Positions 36,916 to 47,012 are shown, counted from the first letter of the stretch. The stretch is DNA of 64,000 nucleotides from Altibacter sp. (GCF_019913785.1 NZ_JAIOHK010000060.1:1826-65825), one strand, 5' to 3'. Program-made: numbers and translations. Notes: generated by a model from the letters alone, not told the origin.

Positions 36916-37690
36916 GATATTAAAATATAGTTTTTACGATTTAATGCGAAGCCGTTGGAGTTACGTGTATTTTGCATTTTACCTCATGTTGGGAATTGTA
37001 TTATTGTTCTTAAACAATGATCTTTCAAAAGCAGTGATTACCCTCATGAACGTCATCATTATTCTGGTACCCCTCATAGGGACAATTTTTGGTGTGATGT
37101 ATTACTATAATTCGAAAGAATTCACCGAACTGCTATTAGCGCAACCCATCAAGCGCTCTTCCATCTTCCTGGGGCAATATTTGGGGGTGGCATTGTCGCT
37201 GTCCATGAGTTTGATCATTGGCCTTGGCCTGCCCTTTATTTTCTATGGAATTTTTAAATCATCGGCCATATGGGATTTCTCTTTGCTGCTTATTACCGGC
37301 ACCTTTTTGACGCTCATATTTACGGCCCTTGCTTTTAATATTGCCCTTTATAACGAAAACAAAATCAAAGGTTTCGGATATGCCATACTACTCTGGCTGT
37401 TTCTGGCAGTTATTTACGATGGAATATTCTTGATGTCTTTAATCGCTTTTGAAGAATACCCACTTGATACATTTTCATTGGTGGGAACCATGTTAAACCC
37501 AATCGATCTCTCCAGAGTTTTAATATTGCTGAAGCTGGACATTTCGGCCTTACTGGGGTATACTGGGGCTGTTTTTCAAAAATTCTTCGGAACCAATTTC
37601 GGCCTAATTATCTCCTCGGCTATGTTGTTGCTGTGGGTGATTATTCCTGCCTTTTTTATTCAACGGAAAGCAAAACGAAAGGATTTTTAA
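36908..37690 (+). CDS. nosY: NosY ABC-2 type permease
   Basis: 6-TM membrane protein after nosF. Start set to ATG 36908 (MIKILKYSFYD), which overlaps the nosF stop. Confidence 0.75.
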   Translation: MIKILKYSFYDLMRSRWSYVYFAFYLMLGIVLLFLNNDLSKAVITLMNVIIILVPLIGTIFGVMYYYNSKEFTELLLAQPIKRSSIFLGQYLGVALSLSMSLIIGLGLPFIFYGIFKSSAIWDFSLLLITGTFLTLIFTALAFNIALYNENKIKGFGYAILLWLFLAVIYDGIFLMSLIAFEEYPLDTFSLVGTMLNPIDLSRVLILLKLDISALLGYTGAVFQKFFGTNFGLIISSAMLLLWVIIPAFFIQRKAKRKDF

Positions 37691-37694
37691 TCTA

Positions 37695-37706
37695 TGATTT
37701 TTATCA
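37695..37706. promoter_or_regulatory. FNR/FixK-like box TGATTTTTATCA
   Basis: Centre is 53.5 nt upstream of the CoA-transferase start. Confidence 0.6.
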
Positions 37707-37753
37707 TTTGATTACTGCAGTCTTAGCCGAATCTTTGCTGAAAATTTATTGCT

Positions 37754-39046
37754 ATGAGTTTAACCAATACAAGCGAACTAAAAATTGTTACTCCCGCCGA
37801 AGCGGTTTCGGTGGTGAAATCGAATGACCGAGTCTTTTTTCAAGGCGCGGCAATGACACCTAATTTATTGATAGATACGCTCTGTGCGCGGTACACGGAA
37901 TTGGAAAACGTCGAGATTGTTCAAATTCATACACATGGCGATGCAAAATATACCCGAGCGCCCTATTGTGAGGCATTTAGATTGCAGAGTTGTTTTGTTG
38001 GTGATAATGTACGCAAAGGCGTAGATGAACGTAGAGGCGATTATATTCCTGTGTTCTTAAGTGAAATTCATTGGTTATTCAGAAGAAATATTCTTCCACT
38101 AGACGTGGCATTTATTCAGGTTTCACCCCCCGATAAGCACGGGTATTGTTCATTAGGTGTTTCCGTAGATATCACCTTACCGGCCATTCAGACGGCAAAA
38201 ACAGTAGTGGCATTAATTAATCCCCGGGTGCCTCGAACACATGGTGATGGCATTATTCATATAAAAAATATCGATTTCGGAGTTGAGATTGATACGCCAA
38301 TTCATGCGACTGCTTTAGGAGAACCCACTCACATCGAAGCTACCATTGGTAAGCATGTTGCAGGCCTCGTTGAAGATGGCGCTACCTTGCAAATGGGGAT
38401 AGGAAATATCCCAAATGCTGTTTTGAGTAACCTAACAAATCACAAGCGATTAGGCATCCATACCGAAATGTTTAGTGATGGAATTTTACCCCTAATAGAA
38501 CAGGGCGTGATCACCGGAGAGGAAAAGGAGATCAAAACCGGCAAGATTGTTACCTGTTTTGCCATGGGAACTCAGAAGTTGTACGATTTTATCGATGACA
38601 ATCCTATCGTCCATTTTAAAGAAGCGGGATATACCAATGATACCGCCATTATTCGGCAAAACCCAAAAGTAACAGCTATCAATAGCGCCATCGAGATAGA
38701 TCTAACCGGGCAAGTATGTGCCGATTCCATTGGTGCGTTTCAGTACTCCGGAGTGGGAGGGCAGATGGATTTTATTAGAGGGGCCTCACTTTCTGAAAAT
38801 GGAAAACCAATTATTGCGATGCCATCGGTCACAACAAAGGGTATATCTAAGATCACCCCTTTCTTAAAACAGGGTGCCAGCGTTACAACGACCAGAGCAC
38901 ATGTGCACTATGTGGTTACTGAATATGGGGTGGTGAATTTATTCGGTAAGAGTTTGGAGCAACGCGCCAAAGCGCTTATATCGATTGCGCATCCTGATCA
39001 TAGGGATGTTTTGTGCCAAGCTGCAATGCGAAGATTTAAGGTGTAA
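37754..39046 (+). CDS. acetyl-CoA hydrolase/transferase family protein (4-hydroxybutyrate/succinate CoA-transferase-like)
   Basis: 430 aa. LQMGIGNIPNAV, HTEMFSDG and GVGGQMDF motifs of the family. Confidence 0.8.
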   Translation: MSLTNTSELKIVTPAEAVSVVKSNDRVFFQGAAMTPNLLIDTLCARYTELENVEIVQIHTHGDAKYTRAPYCEAFRLQSCFVGDNVRKGVDERRGDYIPVFLSEIHWLFRRNILPLDVAFIQVSPPDKHGYCSLGVSVDITLPAIQTAKTVVALINPRVPRTHGDGIIHIKNIDFGVEIDTPIHATALGEPTHIEATIGKHVAGLVEDGATLQMGIGNIPNAVLSNLTNHKRLGIHTEMFSDGILPLIEQGVITGEEKEIKTGKIVTCFAMGTQKLYDFIDDNPIVHFKEAGYTNDTAIIRQNPKVTAINSAIEIDLTGQVCADSIGAFQYSGVGGQMDFIRGASLSENGKPIIAMPSVTTKGISKITPFLKQGASVTTTRAHVHYVVTEYGVVNLFGKSLEQRAKALISIAHPDHRDVLCQAAMRRFKV

Positions 39047-39143
39047 GCCACTCCAAATTCTGCATTAAAAAGCGGTCTGTTAATAACCTGTTTACAAACA
39101 AAACCGAAGCAAATAAAAATCACTTGATAAGTTCTATATTTTT

Positions 39144-39167
39144 ATAAAAGACAAAAAGGTCTTTTAT
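39144..39167. promoter_or_regulatory. perfect 9-6-9 palindrome ATAAAAGAC-aaaaag-GTCTTTTAT abutting the nrdG start
   Basis: Seen directly. Positions 39147..39166 share a 20-mer (19/20 identical) with the norC leader at 41605..41624. Confidence 0.45.
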
Positions 39168-39169
39168 AC

Positions 39170-39628
39170 GTGTATTATCAAAACTTTCAAGTAGTACTTC
39201 AAGAGGTTCCGGGAGAAATAAGTCTTTGTTTTTCTATTTCGGGCTGCTCTTTGCGTTGCGAAGGGTGTCATTCTTCATACTTATGGAAAGAAAAGCAGGG
39301 AACACGACTTACAGAAACCCATTTTCAGCAACTCATTAAAACTTATAAGAGTTTTGCGACCTGTGTTCTTTTTATGGGAGGAGAATGGCATACAAAGCAC
39401 CTCGCACGCCTTTTACAACTCGCAAAAGAGGAGGGATATAAAACCTGTCTGTATACTGGAGAAGAAGAAGTTTCTCCTAAAATTATGAGTCGCTTGGATT
39501 GGATTAAAACAGGTAGGTGGGAAGCTAATTTAGGAGGACTGGACAGCAAAAAGACCAATCAGCGATTTACTGAAATACGCACCAATAGAAACCTCAATTA
39601 TTTATTTACAAAAACCCAATATTTATGA
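39170..39628 (+). CDS. nrdG: anaerobic ribonucleoside-triphosphate reductase activating protein (radical SAM)
   Basis: CxxxCxxC motif (GCSLRCEGCHS) and small size. Overlaps nrdD by 4 nt. GTG is the only possible start, because there is an in-frame stop at 39128. Confidence 0.8.
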   Translation: MYYQNFQVVLQEVPGEISLCFSISGCSLRCEGCHSSYLWKEKQGTRLTETHFQQLIKTYKSFATCVLFMGGEWHTKHLARLLQLAKEEGYKTCLYTGEEEVSPKIMSRLDWIKTGRWEANLGGLDSKKTNQRFTEIRTNRNLNYLFTKTQYL

Positions 39629-41487
39629 TACGACTTTCAGATGCACAACTAGCCAAAAAAATTGACTTTATTGATCACTATATTAATTCATCCAATGCTG
39701 CGGACGGTTCTAAAGTAGATGCCAATGCCAATGTTACTTCAAAGAACATCGCTACCATGGAGGCAGAACTAAACAAGGATATTAATATTCAGGTGAACAG
39801 AGCATTAATTGCAAGAAAGATCGCATCTCTTTTTGGTGAGCATACGGCCAAAGAATACATTCGACAGATCGAAGAGCACGAGATCTATGTGCACGACGAA
39901 ACCTCTTTGAAGCCCTATTGTGTTTCTATAAGTATGTATCCGTTTCTTTTGGATGGACATACAAAAATGGGGGGCGAGAGTAGAGCTCCCAAACATTTGG
40001 AAAGCTTCTGTGGTGAGTTTGTCAATTTGGTGTTTGCAGTGAGTTCGCAGTTTGCAGGAGCCTTGGCTACTGTGGAATTTCTCCTGTATTTTGACCATTT
40101 TGCGCGCAAGGATTATGGAGATGCCTATCTCATCACTGACCAAAATATTATAGAAAATCATTTGCAGCATGTGGTCTATGCCATCAATCAGCCGGCTGCT
40201 GCTAGAGGCTACCAATCTGTTTTTTGGAATATTTCGCTATACGATGAGGCCTATTATAATAGTATGTTCGGTGAATTTGTTTTTCCGGATGGGGTATTGC
40301 CCAGTTGGGAGAGCGTTAAGAAGTTACAAGCTTTTTTTATGAAATGGTTCAATGAGGAACGTACCAAGGCTATACTAACATTTCCCGTGGTAACAGCCGC
40401 CATGTTGGTTAACGAAGGGAAACCTGTAGACACCGAATTCACCGAAATGTGCGCTCGAGAATTGAGTGAAGGCAATTCCTTTTTTATCTATCAATCGGAA
40501 AATGCCGATAGTTTGGCTTCCTGTTGTAGACTTCGAAACGAAATTAGTGATAATACCTTTAGTTATTCTTTAGGTGCAGGAGGTGTCGCCACCGGATCTA
40601 TCAATGTGATTACCCTCAATATGAACCGCTTGGTGCAAAAAGGAGCCGATGTAGTACAAGAAGTGAGAAAAATACATCAATATCAGGTGGCCTATCGAAA
40701 ATTAATTGAAGAATATGAAACTGCCGGTTTATTGCCGGTCTATGAGGCCGGATTTATATCTCTAAACAAACAATTCTTGACCATTGGAATCAACGGGATG
40801 GTTGAAGCGGCGGAAAGCTTAGGGATTGAAGTTAAAAACAACGACACTTATAAGAATTTCGTAAACAAATATTTAAAGGCAATTTATGATGAAAACAAAA
40901 AAGCGAAACAATCGTATGGGTATATGTTTAATACCGAATTTGTTCCGGCAGAAAATCTGGGAGTAAAAAATGCAAAGTGGGATCGCGAAGACGGCTTGTT
41001 TGTCCCTCGGGATTGTTATAATTCGTATTTCTATGTGGTGGAAGATGAGCAGACCAATTCCTTGGATAAAATTATCCTACACGGAAATGAAATTATCAAA
41101 TATCTGGATGGAGGATCGGCCTTACATCTCAATCTGGAAGAAACACCCAATAAAGAAGGGTTTATAAAGCTTATTCATGCAACTGCGGCAGCCGGATGTA
41201 ACTATTTTTGCTTTAATATTCGAATTACAATTTGTAATGACTGTAATCATATTGACAAGCGAACCCTATATCAATGTGGACATTGCGAATCGGTAAATGT
41301 TGATCACGCCACACGTGTGATCGGGTATTTAAAACGGGTTTCAAGTTTCAGTTCGGGGCGTCAAAACGAGCATCGATTACGCCACTACCACAAACAGAAA
41401 TACAGCAACAATCTTGTGAATCGAAGAGCTGAAGTTTTATTGAAAGCGAATGAAAAAACAATTCAAAAAATACCAACTTCTAACTAA
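39625..41487 (+). CDS. nrdD: anaerobic ribonucleoside-triphosphate reductase (class III)
   Basis: 620 aa. C-terminal Zn ribbon (CNDCNH..CGHCES) followed by the glycyl-radical motif region (ATRVIGYLKRV). Confidence 0.85.
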   Translation: MIRLSDAQLAKKIDFIDHYINSSNAADGSKVDANANVTSKNIATMEAELNKDINIQVNRALIARKIASLFGEHTAKEYIRQIEEHEIYVHDETSLKPYCVSISMYPFLLDGHTKMGGESRAPKHLESFCGEFVNLVFAVSSQFAGALATVEFLLYFDHFARKDYGDAYLITDQNIIENHLQHVVYAINQPAAARGYQSVFWNISLYDEAYYNSMFGEFVFPDGVLPSWESVKKLQAFFMKWFNEERTKAILTFPVVTAAMLVNEGKPVDTEFTEMCARELSEGNSFFIYQSENADSLASCCRLRNEISDNTFSYSLGAGGVATGSINVITLNMNRLVQKGADVVQEVRKIHQYQVAYRKLIEEYETAGLLPVYEAGFISLNKQFLTIGINGMVEAAESLGIEVKNNDTYKNFVNKYLKAIYDENKKAKQSYGYMFNTEFVPAENLGVKNAKWDREDGLFVPRDCYNSYFYVVEDEQTNSLDKIILHGNEIIKYLDGGSALHLNLEETPNKEGFIKLIHATAAAGCNYFCFNIRITICNDCNHIDKRTLYQCGHCESVNVDHATRVIGYLKRVSSFSSGRQNEHRLRHYHKQKYSNNLVNRRAEVLLKANEKTIQKIPTSN

Positions 41488-41556
41488 TTGCTAGTCTCAG
41501 TTGAGACATATTATTTCTTATTTTTTCCCAAGAAGTTATAATTCGTTAACTCAAAA

Positions 41557-41568
41557 TGACCATTGTCA
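41557..41568. promoter_or_regulatory. FNR/FixK-like box TGACCATTGTCA
   Basis: Centre is 86.5 nt upstream of norC. Confidence 0.6.
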
Positions 41569-41604
41569 TATTTTGATATTTAATAAAATCTGAATATTTG
41601 TAAT

Positions 41605-41624
41605 AAAGATAAAAAGGTCTTTTA
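41605..41624. promoter_or_regulatory. 20-mer AAAGATAAAAAGGTCTTTTA shared with the nrdG leader
   Basis: 19/20 identical to 39147..39166. Lies 25 nt upstream of the norC start and downstream of box 41557..41568. Confidence 0.4.
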
Positions 41625-41648
41625 ATATTAATTAACCAATCTATTTCT

Positions 41649-42098
41649 ATGTTATCAAAAAAACAGGCCCGAGCCTTCTTTCTCGGAGGAACATTAGTCA
41701 CTTTTTTAGTGTTCATAGGACTGACCATCTTCTCATTTAGCAAGGGGCAAGATCAAACCAATTACGAGGGTATTACCGAACAAGTTGTTCGAGGAAAGCA
41801 AATTTGGGAAGCCAACAATTGTATGGGATGTCATACTATTTTAGGCGAAGGCGCATATTATGCACCCGAGTTGACCAAAGTAATGGAGCGCAGAGGAGAA
41901 GGATATGTTAAAGCAGTCCTTATGACACCAAACGCATGGGCTCCTAACGGCCGTAAAATGGTGGCCTATGGTTTCTCGGAAGAGGAAGCCATGGACGTAA
42001 TTGCCTTTTTCGAATGGATAGGCGGTATCGATCTCAACGGTTTCGATCGAGTGGTATCACCGCTTGCAAAAGATGAAAAATCAATAGATAACAACTAA
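41649..42098 (+). CDS. norC: nitric oxide reductase small subunit (membrane-anchored cytochrome c)
   Basis: N-terminal TM anchor, CMGCH haem motif, and position directly upstream of norB. Confidence 0.85.
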   Translation: MLSKKQARAFFLGGTLVTFLVFIGLTIFSFSKGQDQTNYEGITEQVVRGKQIWEANNCMGCHTILGEGAYYAPELTKVMERRGEGYVKAVLMTPNAWAPNGRKMVAYGFSEEEAMDVIAFFEWIGGIDLNGFDRVVSPLAKDEKSIDNN

Positions 42099-42108
42099 AC
42101 TAACTACC

Positions 42109-43449
42109 ATGAAATACAAATCACAAAAAGTAGCATATTGGTTTTTTGCCTTATCGATGCTATTGCTCATTTTACAACTTACTTATGGATTCATCATGGG
42201 TTTTGCCAGAATTGGCATGGATGGCTTACACGATTTTATCCCCTTTAATACGGCCAGAGCGGTCCATACTAATCTATTGGTCGTTTGGCTATTATCCGGG
42301 TTTATGGGGGCTGCCTATTACATTATCCCCGAAGAGGCGCAGCGTGAGCTGGTTAGTGTAAAATTAGCATATGTTCAGCTTATATCTCTAGCTTTGGTAG
42401 GTGTTGCTGCTATTGTTGGCTACCACTTCAATTGGTGGGAAGGGCGGAAATTTTTAGAAATCCCTAGACAACTGGATTACTTGGTAGTAGCTAATGTCTT
42501 GCTATTTCTGGGGCTCATATTAACCACCTTGTTTAAGGGAAAACGAAAAACAACGACCGCCCTGGTGCTTTCTATGGGCTTGCTTTTTGCGGCCTTGTTA
42601 TATATACCGGGAATGCTGCCTTTCGATAGTCAGGTAACCGATTCATTCTTCCGCTGGTGGGTGGTGCACCTATGGGTTGAAGGCGTATGGGAATTGATTA
42701 TGGGAGGTATTCTGGCCTTCCTGCTAATCAAACTCACGGGAGTCGATAGAGAAGTCATTGAAAAATGGTTGTATGTAATCGTTGGTCTTACCTTTCTTTC
42801 AGGAATTTTAGGAACGGGACACCACTATTATTACATAGGAGTCAATAAAATTTGGCTTGTTGTTGGAGGTATTTTCTCGGCTCTAGAGCCGCTAGCCTTC
42901 TTGGCGATGGCTCTGTTTGCTGTAAATATGTATCGAAAAGGAGAAAAGAAACACCCCAATAAAATTGCTTTGTTCTGGACATTGGGATCTGCAATCGTAT
43001 CGTTTGTGGGAGCAGGATTATTGGGGTTTGCGCATACCTTACCACAAACCAACCTTTATACACACGGAACCTTGGTAACAGCTATGCATGGTCACCTTGC
43101 TTTTTGGGGGGCTTATGCCATGATTGTACTGGCTATTATAAGTTATTCATTACCTAATATGACCGGTAGAAAGCTTTACGACGGAGTTCGGGGTCGAATT
43201 GCCTTCTGGACCGCAAATATAGGAATGATAGGAATGACAGTAGCCTTTGGTGTAGCCGGCGTAGCGCAGGTATACCTAGAACGCAAGTTTAAAATGGACT
43301 TTATGGCTGTACAGGAAGAAATTAGCATTCATTTCGTGGTGCTTATTCTTTGTGCCTCATTGTTTACAATTGGAATTATTGCCTATATCATTGATTTTAT
43401 AAAACACGGCCGTCCAAACGACGAGGCTTTAGAAAAGATTGAAACTTAA
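42109..43449 (+). CDS. norB: nitric oxide reductase large subunit (cNOR NorB)
   Basis: 12 TM. Canonical ligands are all visible: AVHTN (helix II His), WWVVHLWVEG (FeB His and Glu), GTGHHYY and AMHGHLAFWG. Confidence 0.9.
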   Translation: MKYKSQKVAYWFFALSMLLLILQLTYGFIMGFARIGMDGLHDFIPFNTARAVHTNLLVVWLLSGFMGAAYYIIPEEAQRELVSVKLAYVQLISLALVGVAAIVGYHFNWWEGRKFLEIPRQLDYLVVANVLLFLGLILTTLFKGKRKTTTALVLSMGLLFAALLYIPGMLPFDSQVTDSFFRWWVVHLWVEGVWELIMGGILAFLLIKLTGVDREVIEKWLYVIVGLTFLSGILGTGHHYYYIGVNKIWLVVGGIFSALEPLAFLAMALFAVNMYRKGEKKHPNKIALFWTLGSAIVSFVGAGLLGFAHTLPQTNLYTHGTLVTAMHGHLAFWGAYAMIVLAIISYSLPNMTGRKLYDGVRGRIAFWTANIGMIGMTVAFGVAGVAQVYLERKFKMDFMAVQEEISIHFVVLILCASLFTIGIIAYIIDFIKHGRPNDEALEKIET

Positions 43450-43508
43450 ATTATGCTTGGCTAATTCAAAAAAAGGTCCGAAATAGGCATAGACTCATAC
43501 CTGATAAC

Positions 43509-43520
43509 TGACGTGATTCA
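43509..43520. promoter_or_regulatory. degenerate FNR/FixK-like box TGACGTGATTCA
   Basis: One core mismatch. Centre is about 51 nt upstream of norQ, so it could be an internal promoter. Confidence 0.25.
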
Positions 43521-43565
43521 TTTCATTGAAGTGTGCTTATCCGGGCCTTTTAAAAGTAAAATTAA

Positions 43566-44411
43566 ATGACACAGAATACAACTTCAGATATTGAAACAGT
43601 TCAAAATAAGAAGACTATGTACAATGCATCAAAAGATATTATTACACCCTTCTACAAGGCTATAGATCGTGAGATTGAAGTCTTTCAGCAATCCTTTGCA
43701 AATAAGCTGCCCGTACTATTGAAAGGCCCTACAGGGACCGGTAAAACAAGATTTGTTGAATTTATGGCACACGAACTCGATATGCCATTGATTACAATTT
43801 CATGCCATGAGGAAACTTCCTCCACAGATCTAATAGGTCGTTATATTATTAGGGGTGCCGAAACGGTTTGGATAGACGGACCATTAACACGGGCAGTAAA
43901 AGAAGGTGCAATTTTGTATTTAGATGAAATTGCCGAAGCACGTCCCGATGTGATTGTTGCTATCCATTCACTTACCGATCACAGAAAAGAATTATATATA
44001 GATAAATTAGGTGTTACTATTAAAGCCCATCCTAATTTTATGTTGGTGGCTTCTTTTAATCCGGGATACCAAAAAGGGTTTAAAGAACTAAAACCATCTA
44101 CAAGGCAACGATTTGTAGCACTTTCTTTTGCCTATCCAAAACCTAAAGATGAAGCCGAAATTGTTTCTGCCGAAACAGAGATCTCGTTAGATATAGCCAA
44201 GAAATTGGTGAACATTGCCAATAAAATTAGAAACCTAACCGAGTTAGGTCTTACTGAAACCGTTTCAACTCGTTTGCTCGTTGACGCAGCCAAACTAATT
44301 CATACCGGTTTGCCCAAACGCCTGTCTGTTAAAGTTGCCATAGTAGAGCCGCTTACCGATGATGTCGAAATTACACAGGCGCTCACAGATCTATGTGATT
44401 TAATGATTTAA
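43566..44411 (+). CDS. norQ: CbbQ/NirQ/NorQ-family AAA+ ATPase
   Basis: Walker A GPTGTGKT and Walker B ILYLDEI. Size and position fit the nor cluster. Confidence 0.85.
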   Translation: MTQNTTSDIETVQNKKTMYNASKDIITPFYKAIDREIEVFQQSFANKLPVLLKGPTGTGKTRFVEFMAHELDMPLITISCHEETSSTDLIGRYIIRGAETVWIDGPLTRAVKEGAILYLDEIAEARPDVIVAIHSLTDHRKELYIDKLGVTIKAHPNFMLVASFNPGYQKGFKELKPSTRQRFVALSFAYPKPKDEAEIVSAETEISLDIAKKLVNIANKIRNLTELGLTETVSTRLLVDAAKLIHTGLPKRLSVKVAIVEPLTDDVEITQALTDLCDLMI

Positions 44412-44421
44412 GCCCTGCTAT

Positions 44422-46191
44422 ATGTTTGAGCCCGATGAATTTCTGTTTTCTAAGGTTGCCAAATTCCTTAAAAATAAGCGAAAGAGTGCTAAAGAGGCCG
44501 AAAAGCACGCCATTCTCTTAGAACAAATAAAACCCAGACTTACATTACTGGCGCGGGCTGTAACCGGACATCCTATTGAGATATTTCCCGCCGAACGCGA
44601 AGGAGGCTATAAAAACAACAACTTTTTCTTGCCTATTCGCTTTGCGGAATTTGATAGTGCCGAAAAAAATACCCTGTTCTACCTGTTCAGGATATTGTAC
44701 TTGGCGATTCAGAAAAACGAGCGATTTAATTTTGTTTCGGGTCAGGAATACACGCTCGAGGATGCCCGAGACAATGCTTTGGAAACTTCCGAAAAAGTGC
44801 TTCAGGAATTATTCGATCAATTTCCTGTGACCGAAACAGTGCATGACGATTTAATACAATTATTTCAGAAAAAAGCTTCGGGTAAAAACCCGCCAGACTA
44901 TTCGTACATCTACGGAAAGTGGATGCAAAACGATCCGGAAGCGACCAAAAAGAAGGTGCTTCAGCAGATTTCAGAAAACGTAAAAACGGCCATTCAGGAA
45001 GAAATAAATACGATCTTGAAAGCGAATGCGGTAGAGGAGATTACCTCCTTAGAAATTGATAAAAAGGCGCAGGATGACTATGTGTTGACCCATAACTTCG
45101 AAAAGGTGGAAACTGCCGAAGAATGGGAAGGTGGCTGGCGCGATTTTGATGGAGACGATGAGTTGGACGATCATGCCAATGCCTTGGAGGATCTAAACAT
45201 GAAACATACGGTGAGAGTAGACGATCCTACTCATTCTATTTATCAAGCAGATTTTATTGAGAATACCACCATATCGGAGAGTGCTGAGGTGCCTTCTGAA
45301 GAATTTTATTATTCCTACGACGAGTGGAATTATGTAAAGCGCAACTATAAACCGAATTTTTGTAAGGTGTATCCAAAAACCCAAACCGAAACAGACGGCG
45401 CCTATTATAAAAAAACGCTTCAGGAAAATGGGTCAACACTTATGGGACTTCGTAAAATGCTCACTTCTGTCAACAATAAATACCGTCAACAAAGACGTCA
45501 GACCGATGGAGAGGAGTTTGATCTCGATGCCATAACCGATCTGTTTGTCGATGTGCATACCGGGCATACCCCTTCAGAAAAAATATACCTTTCAAAGCGA
45601 AAAAAGGAAAAGGATCTTTCCATCCTTATGCTATTGGACAATAGTCTGTCCAGTGACGGCTATGCCGCTGGAAATAAAGTGATCGATGTGGAAAAGCAGG
45701 TGTCTATTATTTTTGGAGAGATTTTAAACGAATTCAATGTGGATTTCGCTATTGACTGTTTTTATTCAAAAACCCGAAATTACAGTACCTATTTAACATT
45801 GAAAGGCTTTGATGAAGATTGGAACAAAGCCAAGCATCGCATAGGAGCCATTCAGCCCAGTGGATACACGCGCATAGGGGCAGCCTTACGGCATTCGGGT
45901 GCTTTAATGGATCAACGCAATACCAAGAACAAATGGGTTATCCTGCTTTCGGATGGAAAACCAAACGATTACGACAAGTACGAAGGGAAATACGGAATCA
46001 ACGATGTAAAACAGGCCTTACGCGAATTGAACCAACGCGGTATTAATTCGTATGCACTTGCAATTGAGGCACAGGCAAAGTATTATCTGCCACAAATGTT
46101 TGGACAAAATCATTATCAAATATTAACCACACCGGTAGAATTGTTACATGCCCTTGTAAAATTGTACGATAAAATTAAACACCAAAGCTAG
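44422..46191 (+). CDS. norD: NorD, von Willebrand factor A domain protein
   Basis: C-terminal VWA domain with MIDAS motif DNSLS. Follows norQ. Confidence 0.8.
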   Translation: MFEPDEFLFSKVAKFLKNKRKSAKEAEKHAILLEQIKPRLTLLARAVTGHPIEIFPAEREGGYKNNNFFLPIRFAEFDSAEKNTLFYLFRILYLAIQKNERFNFVSGQEYTLEDARDNALETSEKVLQELFDQFPVTETVHDDLIQLFQKKASGKNPPDYSYIYGKWMQNDPEATKKKVLQQISENVKTAIQEEINTILKANAVEEITSLEIDKKAQDDYVLTHNFEKVETAEEWEGGWRDFDGDDELDDHANALEDLNMKHTVRVDDPTHSIYQADFIENTTISESAEVPSEEFYYSYDEWNYVKRNYKPNFCKVYPKTQTETDGAYYKKTLQENGSTLMGLRKMLTSVNNKYRQQRRQTDGEEFDLDAITDLFVDVHTGHTPSEKIYLSKRKKEKDLSILMLLDNSLSSDGYAAGNKVIDVEKQVSIIFGEILNEFNVDFAIDCFYSKTRNYSTYLTLKGFDEDWNKAKHRIGAIQPSGYTRIGAALRHSGALMDQRNTKNKWVILLSDGKPNDYDKYEGKYGINDVKQALRELNQRGINSYALAIEAQAKYYLPQMFGQNHYQILTTPVELLHALVKLYDKIKHQS

Positions 46192-46194
46192 GGA

Positions 46195-46776
46195 ATGGAA
46201 CAACTTAAAATAGATTATAAAAATATTTACTACCCACCTGGCGGTATCTTGCTGTGGATCATTATTTACCTCGAACTGCTCACCTTTGGAATCGCCTTGG
46301 TTTTTATGGCGATAAATGCTTCGGAAACGCCCCAAGAATTTCATGAATCCCGTTTGCTCCTCAATACAACTTTTGGCGCGGTAAATACGCTGTTTTTGTT
46401 GAGCAGTGGATGGTGTATGGCGCAATCGGTTCATTTTTTTAAACGGAAGAATTTTAATAGAAGTCGGTTCTTTTTAAAACTTACAGTATTGGGAGGAATC
46501 CTATTCCTTCTCTTAAAAGGCGTGGAATATTACGAAAAGATAACCGCCGGTTTAACCATGAGCTTCGATACTTTTTTTTCCTATTACTGGATGCTGACCC
46601 TTTTTCATGTGGTACATGTATTGGTTGGAATTGTGATTTTAGGGAGTATGGGTAGGGGTTTGCGAAAACGCCCTAACGAAGTAAAAACAGAAGATTTTGA
46701 AGCCGCAGCCACCTTTTGGCACCTATGTGACCTCATTTGGTTATTGCTATTTCCCATCATTTATCTACTTTTTTAA
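46195..46776 (+). CDS. norE: cytochrome c oxidase subunit III-like protein (NorE)
   Basis: 193 aa, 5 TM, CoxIII-like (..WHLCDLIWLLLFP..). Confidence 0.7.
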   Translation: MEQLKIDYKNIYYPPGGILLWIIIYLELLTFGIALVFMAINASETPQEFHESRLLLNTTFGAVNTLFLLSSGWCMAQSVHFFKRKNFNRSRFFLKLTVLGGILFLLLKGVEYYEKITAGLTMSFDTFFSYYWMLTLFHVVHVLVGIVILGSMGRGLRKRPNEVKTEDFEAAATFWHLCDLIWLLLFPIIYLLF

Positions 46777-46778
46777 CA

Positions 46779-47012
46779 ATGGAAAAATCATTCAATTATA
46801 CCTGGCTCGCGCTAATGGCACTTACCGTCTTGTCAACCTTATGTGCATATCTCGAATTGCGTTATACCACCTTACTTATTGTAGGACTTGCATTTCTGAA
46901 ATTTATGGGAGTCGCATTCAATTTTATGGAATTAAAGAAGGCGCATCTCTTTTGGAAAATACTTGTACTTTTCTTTGTGGCGATCTTACTTGTTGTGATT
47001 GTACTAATTTGA
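46779..47012 (+). CDS. small prokaryotic cytochrome oxidase subunit IV-family membrane protein (NorF-like)
   Basis: 77 aa from ATG 46779 (MEKSFNYTW..), 3 nt after the norE stop. Predicted to have 2-3 TM helices. Confidence 0.55.
   Translation: MEKSFNYTWLALMALTVLSTLCAYLELRYTTLLIVGLAFLKFMGVAFNFMELKKAHLFWKILVLFFVAILLVVIVLI

Noticed and set aside
37633-37827. 64-aa ORF spanning the nosY end, box 37695..37706 and the CoA-transferase start
   Set aside because: It crosses a gene end, a regulatory box and another gene start, so it is not plausible as a coding region.
39124-39136. Possible FNR-like box upstream of nrdG (TTGATAAGTTCTA)
   Set aside because: Only the left half-site matches, because the right half (TCTA) does not fit rTCA. 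It is therefore not counted among the boxes.
41494-41507. Palindrome GTCTCA-GT-TGAGAC just after the nrdD stop
   Set aside because: A 2-nt loop is too short for a stable hairpin terminator, and this is a single short occurrence. It is likely fortuitous.
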